Assembly (NCBI GenBank): GCA_008632985.1
Contig: QPGO01000021.1
Location: 558,001-622,000 of the forward strand
Direction of reading: 5' to 3'
Source of the DNA: Psammoneis japonica
Taxonomy: Eukaryota
Length of the DNA: 64,000 bases
Shown here: positions 1 through 12,844 of the stretch, piece after piece
Position numbering within the stretch: position 1 is the stretch's first letter
Layout of the letters: the number at the start of each line of letters is the position of its first letter
Notes under the pieces: model-generated
What the model saw: only the letters and a program-made list of their open reading frames with translations
The model's database searches: none
Told to the model about the DNA's origin: nothing
Program-made: the position numbers and the translations under genes

Positions 1-7
1 TTGGCTG

Positions 8-616
8 TTGAAATTACAACGATCATGGAGAAGGCAGCATACGCAAGAACCCCGAATTGTGTTGCTTTTGAATCAATTACGCGACCAAGTCGATAAGGAC
101 TGGATTGAGCATCGCCGTTCCAAAGGGCGTATTGCTCCACCGAGCCATGAAGAGGTGCAGGATGCCATTACGTGGCTTTTGATCGAGTTTCAGGTGGAAT
201 GCATTCAATGCGAAACAGTAGAGAGTATGTCTCTGACTCTCATGCAAATGACGAGAGCCATGAGTGACGTGCCTTATCGCCAGCAAGTGACCGAGTTGGA
301 ATGTATTCGCAAGTTGAAAGCATCCGATATTCCGGTTGATGGCGTGCTAGATGAAGGGTTGGTACGAGCCAAAGATTGTTGGATTCGGCAACTGCAACAG
401 ATTCCTCAGGTGTCGGAGAGCAAGGCACTCAACGTTGCTCGAGAATTCCCTACTGCGAGATCATTGTGGGAAGCCTATCAAGATCCAAACATTAGCGAGG
501 ATTCCAAGAGGCTCTTGTTGGCAGACGTGCTTGCAGAAAATCGACGCAACGTCAAGCTATCTGATTCGATTTATCAACTCTTTACCCATGCAGATCCAAA
601 CCAGTTCTTGAACTAA
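8..616 (+). CDS. EME1: EME1-like crossover junction endonuclease subunit, C-terminal part (5' end outside window)
   Basis: C-terminal HhH-type region WIRQLQQIPQVSESKA..VAREFPT..SLWEAY..LLLAD..R..KLS..IY matches the EME1/Mms4 pattern; the frame is open to the window edge. Confidence 0.7.
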   Translation: MKLQRSWRRQHTQEPRIVLLLNQLRDQVDKDWIEHRRSKGRIAPPSHEEVQDAITWLLIEFQVECIQCETVESMSLTLMQMTRAMSDVPYRQQVTELECIRKLKASDIPVDGVLDEGLVRAKDCWIRQLQQIPQVSESKALNVAREFPTARSLWEAYQDPNISEDSKRLLLADVLAENRRNVKLSDSIYQLFTHADPNQFLN

Positions 617-747
617 TTAGTAGAAGGCGTGTATCAATCCACTTAGTACTTTTTTATCCCTCCAGGATTAATTCTTCACATTTCACGTTAAACATTTATC
701 GTGCCCCATATGCTCCCTCTTCTACAGAAAACAAAGCCAGACCCAAC

Positions 748-3700
748 CTACCTGTTTTGTCCGGCACCTCTTCCCCGACGGTTTTGCTGCAGGGTGTTTG
801 CCAACTGCGACCTCAGATTACTCATCAGGTTCGGATTCACTCTCGAATTATTCTGCTGCGGCCTGTTGAAGGAGTACCCGGTTGGGCGGTGTGGTTGCTG
901 AGGTTGGCCTGCAAACTGAGGCCGATTCTGCTGACTCGGTGGCGGGGGAGGTGGTGGAGGCGGAGGACGCTGCTGATTCTGATAACCTCCGCCTCCATAG
1001 CCCTGACGTTGTTGGTGAATATAGCCTGGCTGCCCAGACCCGTACCCACCAGTTCCGTGGTTCTGCTGCCAAACGTTTCCTTGTTGCTGCTGCTGTTGTT
1101 GGTAGGCAGGTGGACCACGCTGGTTGCCATTATGGCTCTGCTGCCAGGGTGGTCGATTCGAACCATAGCTTTGTGGAATGCCTTGCACAGAGTGAGACTG
1201 CGCAAATGGATTTGGCTGGTAAGGCGGTTGCTGATATCCGCCAGCTCCTTGGTTTTGCCTCTGTCTTTTCGGCATGGGCTCCATCGACCCCCAAGTTCTA
1301 TTCCCGGTTTGATACATTTGAGCTCCACGACCGGTCCGATTTGCCAAGTCACGTTCTTGTGCACTTATATTCATGCTACCGTAGCCAGATTGATAAGATG
1401 CTCCACTTCCAGTTGGTGCGCCTCCCATGTTGGCAATAGTGGCCCCTCCTCTATTTAATCGCGGACGTCGAATCACTAGGTCTTGTTGAGTTAGCTTGGG
1501 AGGAGCCGGAGTCGCTCCGGGAAGCAATATGCTTTTGTGCGATAGCTTGGCTGGTTCTGTGAATGAAACGCAAACGGCGCAGTTTGGTTCAATTGGGTCC
1601 GAGAATAAGTTGTCGTGGCTAGCGCGATCAATCCTGTCAGAAGTGGCGGGAGGGTTAATAACTGTGTTCTCATCCCAATCATAAATTTCGTTGCTGAGAG
1701 GAAGTCGGATGGAGCCAGAGAATCCGATAGTGGAGGTATCAGTCAGCCTAGACTTGCTTGTCTTGGCCTGCTCCTTCTTGTCAGATTCATACAGCGTTGT
1801 CAACTTTGACGCCAACGGGTTGGAAAAATGGACATACAGGTAACCATCGTCGAGACCACGGGCATTGCAAAGTAGCTCCTTCTTGCTCCATTTCGCCATG
1901 GTCGGTTTCATCGCTGCTAAAAGCCGCTCTTCGTCAATAAAAGGCAAGAGCACGACCCATAACCATGGCATGGCCTTGCCGTTGGGATCGCATGGCACCT
2001 CCTTTGGATAAAAATCGATGATGGGACTCTCCTTGTCGCCCATGAGCCATCGGGATGGTTTGGGAATGGCATGAGACGAGTCCTCCGGTAGGACAGCCAT
2101 GAGCTGTTCGACTGGTCGAAAGGGCTCGTTCAGTTCAAACGATTGAACATCCTTCTCAAAACGTTCAATGTTTCTGAGATCTGAAGCAAACGGAGCATAA
2201 TGGAAAGGATAATACCACTTCCAGCTTGGGCAGCCATCATAGTAGTACTTCATGACCCAACAAAGCCCCATAATGTAGGAACGAAACAAATGCTCTCTAC
2301 CTCCGTGATTCGCAACGTCGTCAGCTTTGCACTTGTCCGTGTAGTAGCGATCCTTAGTAAAGAGAGAGGGTGGGACGGCCGGATTAGAAAGTGTAGAGCA
2401 TCTTCACACCGAAAACGAAAGTACTATTTCACTTACCTTCCAACCCGGTTGATGTAATTTAACCTTGTCCTCTACGTTGTTTGCATACTCATCGAGTTGT
2501 TTCTGCTTGACTGCCTTGACCTTTTCTTTGAATTGCTTCGACGCGGCTGCAATCTGCTCATCCGTGTACTCGTCTGCGCTTGTTTCATCTACGTCTTCAT
2601 CTTCGTCGTCCTCATCATCATCTTCGTCACTGCCACCTCAATCACCTCCTCCTCGGGTATAGAGTCGGCCTTGCGCTTGGTTCCTACAACAACAACATCA
2701 TCGTCACCTCCTTCGAATTCAGCCTCCTCGTCCTCCTCGGTCGCATCCATCTTTGCACTAGTAGCATCTTTCTCCTCGCCATTGGTCTTCTCCATATCAC
2801 CATTATCAGTACCGTTGAGATCTTGTGGTTCTTTTTCCTTCTTTGCCTCTGACCCTCCAAGGAGAGATTGTTTGAGTTCCATTGCAGCCTTTGCGTTTGC
2901 AAGTGACGACGTTGGTTTGATTTGGTGCGACTCTTTCAACTGCTTTAGTTGCGTCTGCTTTGCCGCATGGCCACGCTGAAGGACCACCATGCCGTCACTT
3001 TCCTTCTGCTCCTGCTGCCGCTGCTGTCTTTCCAAAATCTTGGCGGCCCGTCCCAGTTTCTGGGGTGGTGCTTGTACAGTTGGTTGAACAATGGGCGGTG
3101 CGTCCATGTTTCTGTATCCCTCTTGCTTGCGCCGTTCCTTATGCTGCTTCTTACGCTCCGCTTCCCTCAATTCGTTTTCATGCTTCATGGTAAAAACCAT
3201 ATCTTCAATCGCCCCCACCTCGGCCAAAATAATATCAACGTGACTCAAGTTGACACTCCCTCCGTGGTTCGTAATGTAATTGCCCTGCCCAAAGGTGGGC
3301 AAGATGCGCTTGTAGACATTAAACAGATAGTCCAAGGCCCCGTCACGAATATCCAAGGAGGGCAAATGCGGTAAAAAGTCATTACCGACAAAAAAGCACA
3401 AAAACACCACATCATCAATGACGCGCTCCAACGACGCCATGTGAAGAAGACTCGAAAACTCCGCGGCGAGGTATTCCCTCAAAATGGGAATACTGACCCG
3501 CTGCAACGCTTTGAAGGAATTCTCTGGCAAATCCATATCTCCCATTTCATCAAAATGCCGTTGCTTTTCTGCAAATCCCGATTCTAATTGACGCTGTTCC
3601 ATGGCTTGTACCGATCGACGTCCAAAGGTAACGACTTCACGCAAAATATAAAAGCTCACTTCGTGCGTGGCCAACGCCAACATGATCAAGTCGGCATCGA

Positions 3701-4400
3701 GTCCATGCAAGACATGCACTAGATTGGGATTGTAACCCGGTTGACTCCGTTGTAAGCGAATGTGCGACATGATTTTGTGTTCACCCTCCCCCGGAATGGA
3801 CGCGTCACTAAAAATGACGCGAATGCTCTGCCACGCCTTGTTTTGCGAAATGCGTTTGCGAATATAAAACCGAATATAATCCGACAAGTCCAACATGAAT
3901 TGAGTGCCCGGTGTAATAACGTTGGAGTCCCATGGTTTCTTATGAGCAGGAGGAGGAGCGTTGTTGTCTTTATCGTTTTCCAGCAACTCGACTCGCACGT
4001 TCTGTTCAATCTCTGCCAATTCTCGTGCTTCCTGTGCGCTCCTGAAACGCCGGGATCGTTGTTGATTCATCTTTGCTCGGGGTGCTACTCCATCAATCGC
4101 CAAATACAAAAGCTTGCGGGGCCTTACGACTTCAAACAAGTGATCGACATAGCGACAAACGTTTTCGTACATTTCTTCTTGTGAGTTGGGCTGAGGACCG
4201 TGTTCTGGATGAGAACAGGGATGGATAATGCCGTTCATGTCGATATACAAGTGATCTGTTTCGAGACCTGACGGATTGGGTTTGGTTGGATCGACTCGAA
4301 TCTTTCGATCACCGTCCAGCCGAGTCCGTTCTTCCAAGACATCTTCTACAATCTTGGGGTACTTTTCAGATAACCACCGATAAAAGGCCGGGACTCCCAT
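748..4400 (-). CDS. XRN2: 5'-3' exoribonuclease, XRN2/Rat1 family
   Basis: MGVPAFYRWL start; LYIDMNGIIHPC, DGVAPRAKMNQQRSRRF, PGEGEHKI, GLDADLIML, GNDFLPHLP and CPSWKWYYPFHYAPFASD motifs. GT-AG intron 2436-2353. Apparent 1-nt frameshift near 2638. Q/P/G-rich tail. Confidence 0.93.
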
Positions 4401-4780
4401 GGTATCGTTGGTGTTGTTGCTTTTGACTTTTGAGCGCTCTTATCTCCTAACTTCAAACTTGTGTCGTGAACTGCTATTCCAACTGCTATTTAGCGACACG
4501 GTGTTGCAGTTGAATACTTGTTGGGTGTTGGCTACGACGGGGGAACGGGGGAACACACAGCTGCCGCTGTCATGCCGCATGGACGATGGACGCAGAAAAA
4601 AAAAAATCGAAAACCCTTCCTGTTCTGTCCGTCCATGCGTCAATTTGAATGGACGCGCGACCTCGCGTGTGCTGACGCACGGACGAAATTGCGCGAACGA
4701 GCGCTCGAAACAAGAAACAAAGGGTGTCAAATCCAAAAATCCAAAAAAAGATTTGCCGTCTTTTTCACTTCAACTTTGCC

Positions 4781-5574
4781 ATGATGATGAATCGTTCCTC
4801 GACCGCCGTTCTGATTCTATGCTGCCCACTCGTATCGGCATTTGTCCCGTCTCTTTCACTTACCAAGCGAACAAGTCCATTGTTGCATTGTTCCAAGGAG
4901 ATCAGCAAACATCATGACGAGACAAGGACTTGCTCTCACGTTCCAACAACCATGTAGTGTCAGCACGAACCGCCAGGATCTTGCTTCCACTCTCCTCTTC
5001 CTTGCTTTGGAGTCTCCCCGCGAATGCGGGTATCGGTTCTCCGATTCCGTTTGAAGAATCTCGCAAAAAGTACTTTCCCGGTTCTCTCAACAATTCCGTT
5101 ATTAATTTGCGCGTTTCGAGCAGTCTCCGCAAACGTGGTTATCTCAACCGCAATGCCATCCTTGCGACTCCACAAAGTAGTGATTTGGCCACATCATTGT
5201 CGAGGGAATTTTCCAATGGAAACGTGTTTGATTTGAACAATGACGCCATTGTGAGTCAAGAAAAAGACAGACTCATCGTTTTGTTTGGCCCCGAGGTTGC
5301 CATTGATGGTGACGGCAATGTCGGTGAGGTTACGGGTGAGAGCGTCAAGGAGGTGGAAAAGGCGTTAAAGGAAAAATTCTTGACGACAGATTTGCTGTCT
5401 AAACTGTCGCAAGTTACGCTCTTGGGAGGAGTCGTGGTTCATCGACCCAAGGGAGGAAAGTATGCGGGCGAAGATTGCTTTCAACCGCTCCTTATCAAGA
5501 TTATTTCTGGCAGCGGCGGCGAAACGGACTTGTACGATGAAGCTTTTGGTGACTTGCCGACGCCTCGAAAATGA
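4781..5574 (+). CDS. Plastid-targeted LCIB/theta-carbonic-anhydrase-like protein lacking canonical Zn ligands
   Basis: Signal peptide ends VSA|FVP (ASAFAP-like). A frameshift near 4920 joins ORF 4930-5574. Motifs KYFPGSL, L.KRGY..N.ILAT, LFGPEVAIDGDGNVG, TLLGGVVV and DCFQPL resemble LCIB-family blocks. Confidence 0.6.
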
Positions 5575-6071
5575 AGGAGTTGCAATACAGGCTAGATTGC
5601 TACTACTGTGCATGCTAAAATAACTGCGTAGAGACTTGCTACTAAAAAGTAGAGAGACGTGTGATTTCGTTCCTTTCGTATCTGATAGAAAGAGTGTATC
5701 AAATTGCTTCCATGACGGGCTCGACCGGCACTATTTTGTAGATGAATGCTCAGAAGTAATACATATGTATTGCACATGGCGGGACGAAGCTACAAAGCCA
5801 TTACGACACAAACTAACTACTGTAGTTTCAAGCATTGTCCAATTTCTATTCTTCGTTTGTTCGTCAAAAAGTACAGCAGCCAAAGGCTGATTCGTCATCG
5901 TGCAGATGCCTTTCAAATTTTTAAAATTATCCATTCCTGAATACAATTTATGCCCCTCATTCATTTTTTGAATTATCGTCGGTGTCGCTGAACATTCAAA
6001 TCGAAATCGCTGAAGATGCGTTGACCATGACGAGAAACGAGCAAGCTTCTTCGAGTAGTAACGGCTTCAAC

Positions 6072-7464
6072 ATGCCCCCATGAGACTCGATATCTACGGA
6101 TACATCCAAGAATTACGGTACGATGGGCATCGCTTTTCGTTGTTTTGTGCTTGAGTTCGCGGAGCTTTTTCATCGAGTTGGCAGTTTTTCGTCATGACGA
6201 CGTGACGCGAGACGGAGTTGCACTCATTCAAAACAAGGAGAAGCAACGTGTAGACGCGAAATCATTGAAAATTACATACTCCAAAACGAAGCAGCAGCTA
6301 CAAGACACGCCACCGCAAGGTTATCCGTGGTATCTTGAATTGCCACACCACCAACGGATGAATGTTTCAGCCCTGACTGACGTCTTTGCAACAGAAATCA
6401 ACAACATCAAGTGTCTCGATCAGTTCCAAAATCTAGTTCCAGAAGAAGATGAGACGAATCCAGACATTTTGTTGTGCTGGTATCATCTTCATACCTTACC
6501 CTACATTGTAAAGAATGGCACCATTTTCAAGTCAAAAGCAAAGGAAAGCATGTTGCTAAAGTACAAAAACCGCGTTACAAGCCGGATACATGCCTTTGAC
6601 CAAATGTTAGACATGGCGATGATGCTAGCAAGGCAGTCTTCTAATGCTCGCTTAAGGCGAATCGCAAGTTTGGAAGCGCTTCCCATCATTCTATTCAAAG
6701 GAGACGCAATTCCATATCACATACCAAACAATGTTCCCGTTCTGTCTTGGCTCAATCACTTTGACGACATTGACAGGAATGACACTAATGTTTGGCCAAT
6801 ACCATCTTATCATTTATGGAGAAAAGCGGTCTCAAAAGACTCTGCGTCAGAATGGAAAAAACAGTTTCAAACGTGGCGTCGAGAATATCCATGGTCAAAA
6901 AAGAAACGGCGAGCCGTATGGCGGGGATCGCCCACTGGGCCATTCCATTGGCACTGGAAAGATTTACCGCGGGCTAGGCTTGTACATTATGGAATGCAAC
7001 GGCGTGACTTGTTTAATGTGGGATTTACAAAAGCTCGCAACCCGCAGGAACACGCCGAAATGTTAAACTCGACAGAGGTGCAGTTTCGAAAGAGAATGAA
7101 TCAAGATGACTTTATGAGGTACATGGCTATTGTGGATATGGATGGTAACTCCTGGAGTAGCAGATTTGGTCATTTGTTGTGCTACAATTCGGTCATTATC
7201 AAGGTGCGACCGAAATTTGTGGACTACTTTCATTCCGAGCTTGTGCCTTGGAAACACTACATACCCGTACACGCAAATCTTTCAAACTTGGTTGACGTGA
7301 CGGAGTATGCATTAGACAAGAACAATACAAGGGAAGTGCTACAGATTATAGAAAATGCTAATCGCTGGTGCAAACGGAAGCTTGTCAGGAAGCAGTTGGC
7401 GACCGATTTCCTGTGGATTTTGGTGGCTTATGCGGAGCTGTTGGAGAACTCAAATCCAGAATGA
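6072..7464 (+). CDS. Glycosyltransferase family 90 (CAP10/POGLUT-like)
   Basis: AVWRGSPTG, DMDGNSWSSRF..LLCYNSVIIKV and ELVPWKHYIPV motifs. ATG 6072 joins ORF 6145-7464 if one C of the run 6075-6079 is removed, giving a type II membrane anchor. Confidence 0.82.
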
Positions 7465-7529
7465 CGTCGCGAATAGGAAGCCAATCATGTCTCCTATGAT
7501 TTGCCATACTCAAAAATGAGCACTTAAGG

Positions 7530-7695
7530 CGATCTAGCTTTGTAGACTCTAGAACACTGCAACAGTACAAACAATGTAGCTCTAGGGCCCTCTAGCTAGA
7601 GTAGAGAGTATCTCCGTTCTGGTGTGCCCTACTAGAGTAGCTACTAGCTCTCGCTCTCTACTCTAGCTACTCTCTAGAGAGTAGAGAGGGCCCTG
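7530..7695. repeat. CTAG/GGGCCC-rich imperfect palindromic intergenic motif cluster
   Basis: tagggccctctagctagagtagagag ... ctctctactctagcta ... gagagggccct. Related clusters at about 27715-27870, 46459-46487 and 52752-52856. Confidence 0.55.
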
Positions 7696-7843
7696 TGCCT
7701 CATCCATGCATGTCTGGCATCGCGGTTATGCTACTATCCCGATTCAAGGCGAGGTCCGAGCTCCCAGATCGCACCACTGCGAGATCTGAGATTGAAGATG
7801 GATGCGGTAAGACAATGGATGACAGGGACAAACAACGTAAACG

Positions 7844-9085
7844 ATGGACATCGTCGAAGAGTCCTTGGTGAACGATTTGGGTGCTGGTAAGGTTGGTATG
7901 AGCTTACCACTGACAGAAAAGCAAGAAGCCATGGGAATTTCACAACACCTAGTGTACATTTGCGGCATGGTGACAAACGGAAACCAGCCGCCGTTCAGCA
8001 GCCTTCAAGAGCAACGATTTGAGCTGCTGCAGACTCTGTACCAGTCAAGTCTAGATACCAATGAAACTGAATGCAGCCCATGCGTTCTTACTCCCGCGTT
8101 AATTCCAAGTGAGAAAGCTCAGAGAATGATTGACAGGGACACAGCTCAGCGACAAACGGTAATGACGGAGAAAGCAAATGCAATGGCAAAGAAACTCATG
8201 AAAGAAGAGACACTAAAGGCTGACGAACAGGCGGCGAAGAAGAATCGAAAACAAAGTCGAAATATTGAAGATTTTCGGCGTAGTATCGATTCTGCTCCAA
8301 CAGAAACAGACGAGTCTCCGCCGATGTCACCAGTAGCAGAAAAAGATCACGGTGTTTTGTCTCCCATCAGAGTCCTACGCCACGACAATGAGCAGCAATC
8401 TGATCCGTGGATTGAGGTTACAAAGAAACGACCTCAGCCTTCGAAACCTGTGTGTACACCCAGCTCTGTTGTAAGCAGTGGTATAAAGAAAAACGATGGA
8501 GATGATAACGAAATGGAGGATGAACTGAGGGAGATTGCATCAAAGCCGATTGCGCCAGAAAAAGATAAACCAGCACTAGGAGATGCCAACAGGGGAGGGG
8601 ATACACATCACGACGGACCCACAAAAACAAGCGAGATGGCTTGGAAAGAACCTCTTGTATCAAGTACAACAATTGAGGACGTTTGCTCAGAGATTGTAGG
8701 GGATGTTTCGACGATGGATCGTTCTGCACATCATGACCCTTCTGATATGAAACGGGCTTCTGCTCGCATCAAAGCCCTGGAAGAAGAGGTTCAAAAGCTC
8801 AAACTTGCTATAATAGACAGAGATGAGAAACTAGCTGCTGCGGAAATAGCGCACAAGAGGGCAATGCAGACAGAGAAGGAAAGCGGCGAAGAAAAAATTC
8901 AAGCACTACAGCTTCGACTATTTATCGGCGAAACTCGACTGAAAACTTACCAAGAAGCACTAGCTCAACACGTGGAGACAATTTCTTCAAGCATGTCAAA
9001 CGTCAACACGACACCTGAAAGAGACGATGGTGAAGAGGTTTCGACTCCACTGTTTTCCAGAGGGCCAAGCAGATCAAAGGCGTGA
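7844..9085 (+). CDS. Hypothetical protein with C-terminal coiled coil
   Basis: 413-aa ATG-initiated ORF with genic dinucleotide composition; heptad-like region ARIKALEEEVQKLKLAI..KIQALQLRL. Confidence 0.7.
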   Translation: MDIVEESLVNDLGAGKVGMSLPLTEKQEAMGISQHLVYICGMVTNGNQPPFSSLQEQRFELLQTLYQSSLDTNETECSPCVLTPALIPSEKAQRMIDRDTAQRQTVMTEKANAMAKKLMKEETLKADEQAAKKNRKQSRNIEDFRRSIDSAPTETDESPPMSPVAEKDHGVLSPIRVLRHDNEQQSDPWIEVTKKRPQPSKPVCTPSSVVSSGIKKNDGDDNEMEDELREIASKPIAPEKDKPALGDANRGGDTHHDGPTKTSEMAWKEPLVSSTTIEDVCSEIVGDVSTMDRSAHHDPSDMKRASARIKALEEEVQKLKLAIIDRDEKLAAAEIAHKRAMQTEKESGEEKIQALQLRLFIGETRLKTYQEALAQHVETISSSMSNVNTTPERDDGEEVSTPLFSRGPSRSKA

Positions 9086-9269
9086 GTCGACTCGTTGCCG
9101 AGATGAAATTGTGCGCCCAGTTAACGGTTCTCAAATAAAATGAACTACGAGAGTCCATTAAAGAACTAGTGCAATGTTTTGATGAAAAGAAGGAAGGACA
9201 GTGGTGCTTGGTTTTGGGTTTGATCACTCGTTCGATTTAATGATTGCCAGCATTAGAACTCTGCCTTTA

Positions 9270-10400
9270 TGGCAGGCCTTGCCGATTCTCCTCACACTGA
9301 GGGCAGCCCACAGAGTTGCTCCACTTCAGTCTCCTCTTGGTGATGCACTTTTGCATTGCCTCACTGTCTTGCCTGCATCAAGTGACTGAGTGGGGGGTTC
9401 GTCCTCTCTCTCTCTCTCTCTCTCTCCTTCTCCAGAGCCACTGCATGTTGTCATTTGTTGTCACACAGTGGCTGGGTGCATGCTGAGTGTTTCATGACCC
9501 ACCTGCTGTCCTTCCTCTTTCCAATCCTTTGCTGTGGGCTCTTGAGGTGCAGCTCTTTTTGTGAGCAGCAGCAGCACACTCATGCCACACTGCCAGAGAC
9601 ATTCCTTCTCTGCTCTCAGAGTCAGCACTTGGCTTGGCAGATCTCTTTCATTTGCACACTTCAGGGTTGAATTGGTGGTCATGCCAGAACTTCCTGGGAA
9701 ATGCCAATGGCCACAGTTTGACTGGTTGTGCACATGTTCACAGTCATTGCTCTGCAAAAATCTTGCATGGTCGTGCAAGCAAATGCACCCTGTGTGTCAG
9801 CATCATGCTGCAGCTGTGCAAACTGGTGTGGGACAAAGTCGGGCCTGTTTTTGCCAACCTTTTTGTTTTGACAATTAATGCATGCATGCAACATGGCACA
9901 TCTGGAATTTTTTGATGTGGCCATGACACCTCCAGAGAAAAACTGGCCTCAGTGTGTCAGCCCATCCTTGCTGATTGACCCAATGGCTCCAGCCAGAGAA
10001 AATGAGTGTTGTCTTGACAGACACAATGGGGCAGTTTCTTGGCAGGTTTTGACAATCATTGACAGCAGCCAAGTGCCATGCTCTGCATGGATTTTGATTT
10101 TGCACAATCATGGTTGACTCAGCTTTTGCTGTCAAGCTGCCAAAGACCTGCTGTTTTTTGTTTCAGCATGCTGCTGTGCTGTGTGCTGCATGCCTGGTGT
10201 GTTGATGAGCAGTGCCAAACAATGACGCCACACATCTCCCTTCAATTTTTTAGCACACTCACACCTCTCAGCATCTCAATCATTGCAGAAGTCAGGAGCA
10301 GCAAGTGCAACAAAAGGTGCTGCTTTGTGTGTGACCTCATGGTGTGACCATCATTTTTGTCATGATGTTCGCTGCCTCATGCCCCCCCCCCTCTCTCTCA
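9270..10400. mobile_element. Degenerate repeat-derived sequence (TpA/CpG-depleted), family unresolved
   Basis: Almost no TA or CG dinucleotides; (CT)n at about 9403-9427. Weak integrase-Zn-finger-like remnants on the minus strand (CINCQNKK). Confidence 0.45.
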
Positions 10401-10449
10401 GTGGCCTCCCCATTTGCAATCTGACAGGACAAAACTGGGGGGCATGGGA

Positions 10450-11967
10450 GATGCAGAGTTTGTGGCAGGAAAGAAGATTTCCAAGGTTGTGAGAGAATGG
10501 CTGCAACAGACAATCATGTGGTCAAGGTCAATGCATTGTTGAACATGGCTCAAAAGGTTTGAAAGGGGTTGTGAGCAGGGAGGGTTGGCCATTGTGCCTT
10601 TCCACAGCTGTTGTGGTTCACCCACTTTGAACATTTTGCCAGAGATGTCTTGTCACAATGGGGTTGCCAAGCCAGAGCTCTGGCCCCAAAATTTTCTGTG
10701 CAGTGCAACGCACATTGTCTGGTGGGTTTGTTGAGAGGCATTTGTTTCGAAGCATCTTGGAGGTTTTTCAGCCTTGAGAATGCCACTGCCAGCCACTTGA
10801 ATCCAGCATGCACTTCACAGACATCTTGGTGGATTTTTTGCATCTCTTTGCATGGTGCTCTGCATGGATGGTGTTCTTCTTGGTGAAAAAATGGGACAGT
10901 GCTGGGGTTGGTTGCATCAGTGACATTAGAGCTTGGAGGGTTTTGGCCTTGGAGAGCCACAGAGGCTTCTAAAAGGAGCTGTTGCAAGTGCTTTCTTTGT
11001 TGTGGCCACATGCTGCCAGCTTGTTGAAGAACTGGGTGGCTGTTCATTTGCAGTCCATGGGGTCTGAATTTTGGGCCCAGCACACATGCAGGTTGCCATG
11101 CACGACACCACTTTTCAGCACTCCAGGTGGGTGGGCAGAGCTTGGTGGAGTGCACAAGTGCAGGTTCACTGGTTTTTGGTGCATCTTGGTCTTGATCTTG
11201 TGGCATCAGTTTGCTCCAATCCGGATGTCAAGATCCAGGAAAACTGTGTGTTTGCTGAGTTCAGATGTTTCCCATTTCAGCAGGCCATGGTTGTCAAGTT
11301 CTTGCTTGAGCTTCTCCCAAGTCTTGCCTTGTTTGCTGCCGGTCAGCACGCCAAGTGTGTCATTGACGAATCATCCACAACACAGGAGGTTGCAGATGAA
11401 TCTTGGGATGTTTTGGCAATTGTGGAGGGCTTGGGACATGGCGGCACACATGCAAGCCATGCGGCCACCCATGGCTGTTCCATTTGTTTGGAGCCAGAAG
11501 GCGTTGCAAAGCTGGAGGATGTTCCTTGTCATGATGATCTCAAGGGCGGTCAGAAAAAATTGATTGGGAAATTTTCAGGTGCTTCATCAGGGTGCTTGAG
11601 GAACCAGCAACAGAATGTTTCCAGCGTGTGTGCACAGTGTTGATGTTGGAGTGCATGCTGGCTGCATTGGCTGTGAGTGGTTTTGCATCTGGCAGGAGTT
11701 TCCCCAGTTGTTGGTCACTCATGACTTGGTGAGAGTCTCAGATGCATGTCCGTGAGAGTGGCAGAAGCTCCTTCATTTTTGAATCAAGCCACTTGGAGAA
11801 AATTTTGTTCTCACCATTGATGCAGCTCACAATGGGGTGGGTTGCCCGTGGCTTCTTGTGTGCCTTTGGTGCAGTGCAGAGCTGAGGCACACAGGTGTGC
11901 AGCTTTTTTAAGCTCCGTTGGAAGCAAGTTTGTTCGACAGGTGAGAGTTCTTCCTCTGCAAGGTGCA

Positions 11968-12019
<52 letters not shown>

Positions 12020-12250
12020 GGCTCAACAGAAGGCACTTGTGCTTGGCAACTTCATTTTGACATGATCTGTTGCACTTTTTTGGTGGGTCAGCACAACAAA
12101 ATGACAACCCATCACATGTGGCTGGCAACTGTGCTGTGCCAATGCACGCCATCAAACAACCACAACAAATCAATGTTGACAACACTCATGCCATTTGCTG
12201 GTGGCATGAGACACAAACATGACCAAGAGTTCTTAAATGAGAGACTTGCG
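10450..12250 (-). mobile_element. Degenerate Penelope-like retroelement (RT remnant)
   Basis: Minus-strand fragments PQLCTAPKAHKKPRATHPIVSCIN..FSKWLD, DAKPLTANAASMHSNI, NGTAMG..ACMCA, VFLDLDI and AVAFSRLKNLQD match PLE RT motifs (PKxHK..RPIVS, DxxSMYTNI, GTAMG), with Tyr replaced by Cys or His. Confidence 0.8.
11972..12014. repeat. (CT)n microsatellite inside the Penelope remnant
   Basis: About 21 TC units directly visible. Confidence 0.95.
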
Positions 12251-12844
12251 ACTGCCACTTAGAAACACAAGCAGCCAGGCTGAGAGTGGCTTGGCAAGAG
12301 GAAGGGTGCAGGCAGGCAGGCAGTGCCACTGCACCGGAAGTGGGAGTGCCCCTGGCACCTCGCTTGCTCCCCTGGTGCTCGTGGCTGTGCCAAGGCTGCC
12401 AGCATGCTTGCTGCCTCAGGACTGGCACTGGGTCACTTTTGCCACTGCCTCCCTTTAGCTGCCCCAGCTGGCACAGACAGGGGCCAAGCAAACTACAGTG
12501 CTGGAAGTCTGCTGCAAAGATGGCACTGCAGGTGTTTGTGGCACGTGTCGCGCATGGATCTCGCAGGAGAAAAAACGGTGCAAGTGAATGCTTCAGTTGT
12601 TTCCATCAGCTTTCATCATGCTTGGCTTGAAGTTTTTGCTTGCAGGGTGGATTGTTCTTTCTAGTTTATTGAGTTTCATCTCATCGAATTTCGCTTGCTT
12701 CTTCCCTTCAAACTATTTGCAGCGTAGGCAATGGTTTGATCATATTTTCTAATTGTACTGTTTTGTACTTACTACCTGTTATCCGCCAGTGTCAAAAACA
12801 ATCATAAGTAGTATTCCGCCAAAGGCGCGCAATGATCTAACTAC

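Noticed and set aside
2630..2645. Programmed ribosomal frameshift in XRN2
   Set aside because: No slippery heptamer; similar 1-nt losses occur in many unrelated genes, which suggests assembly error
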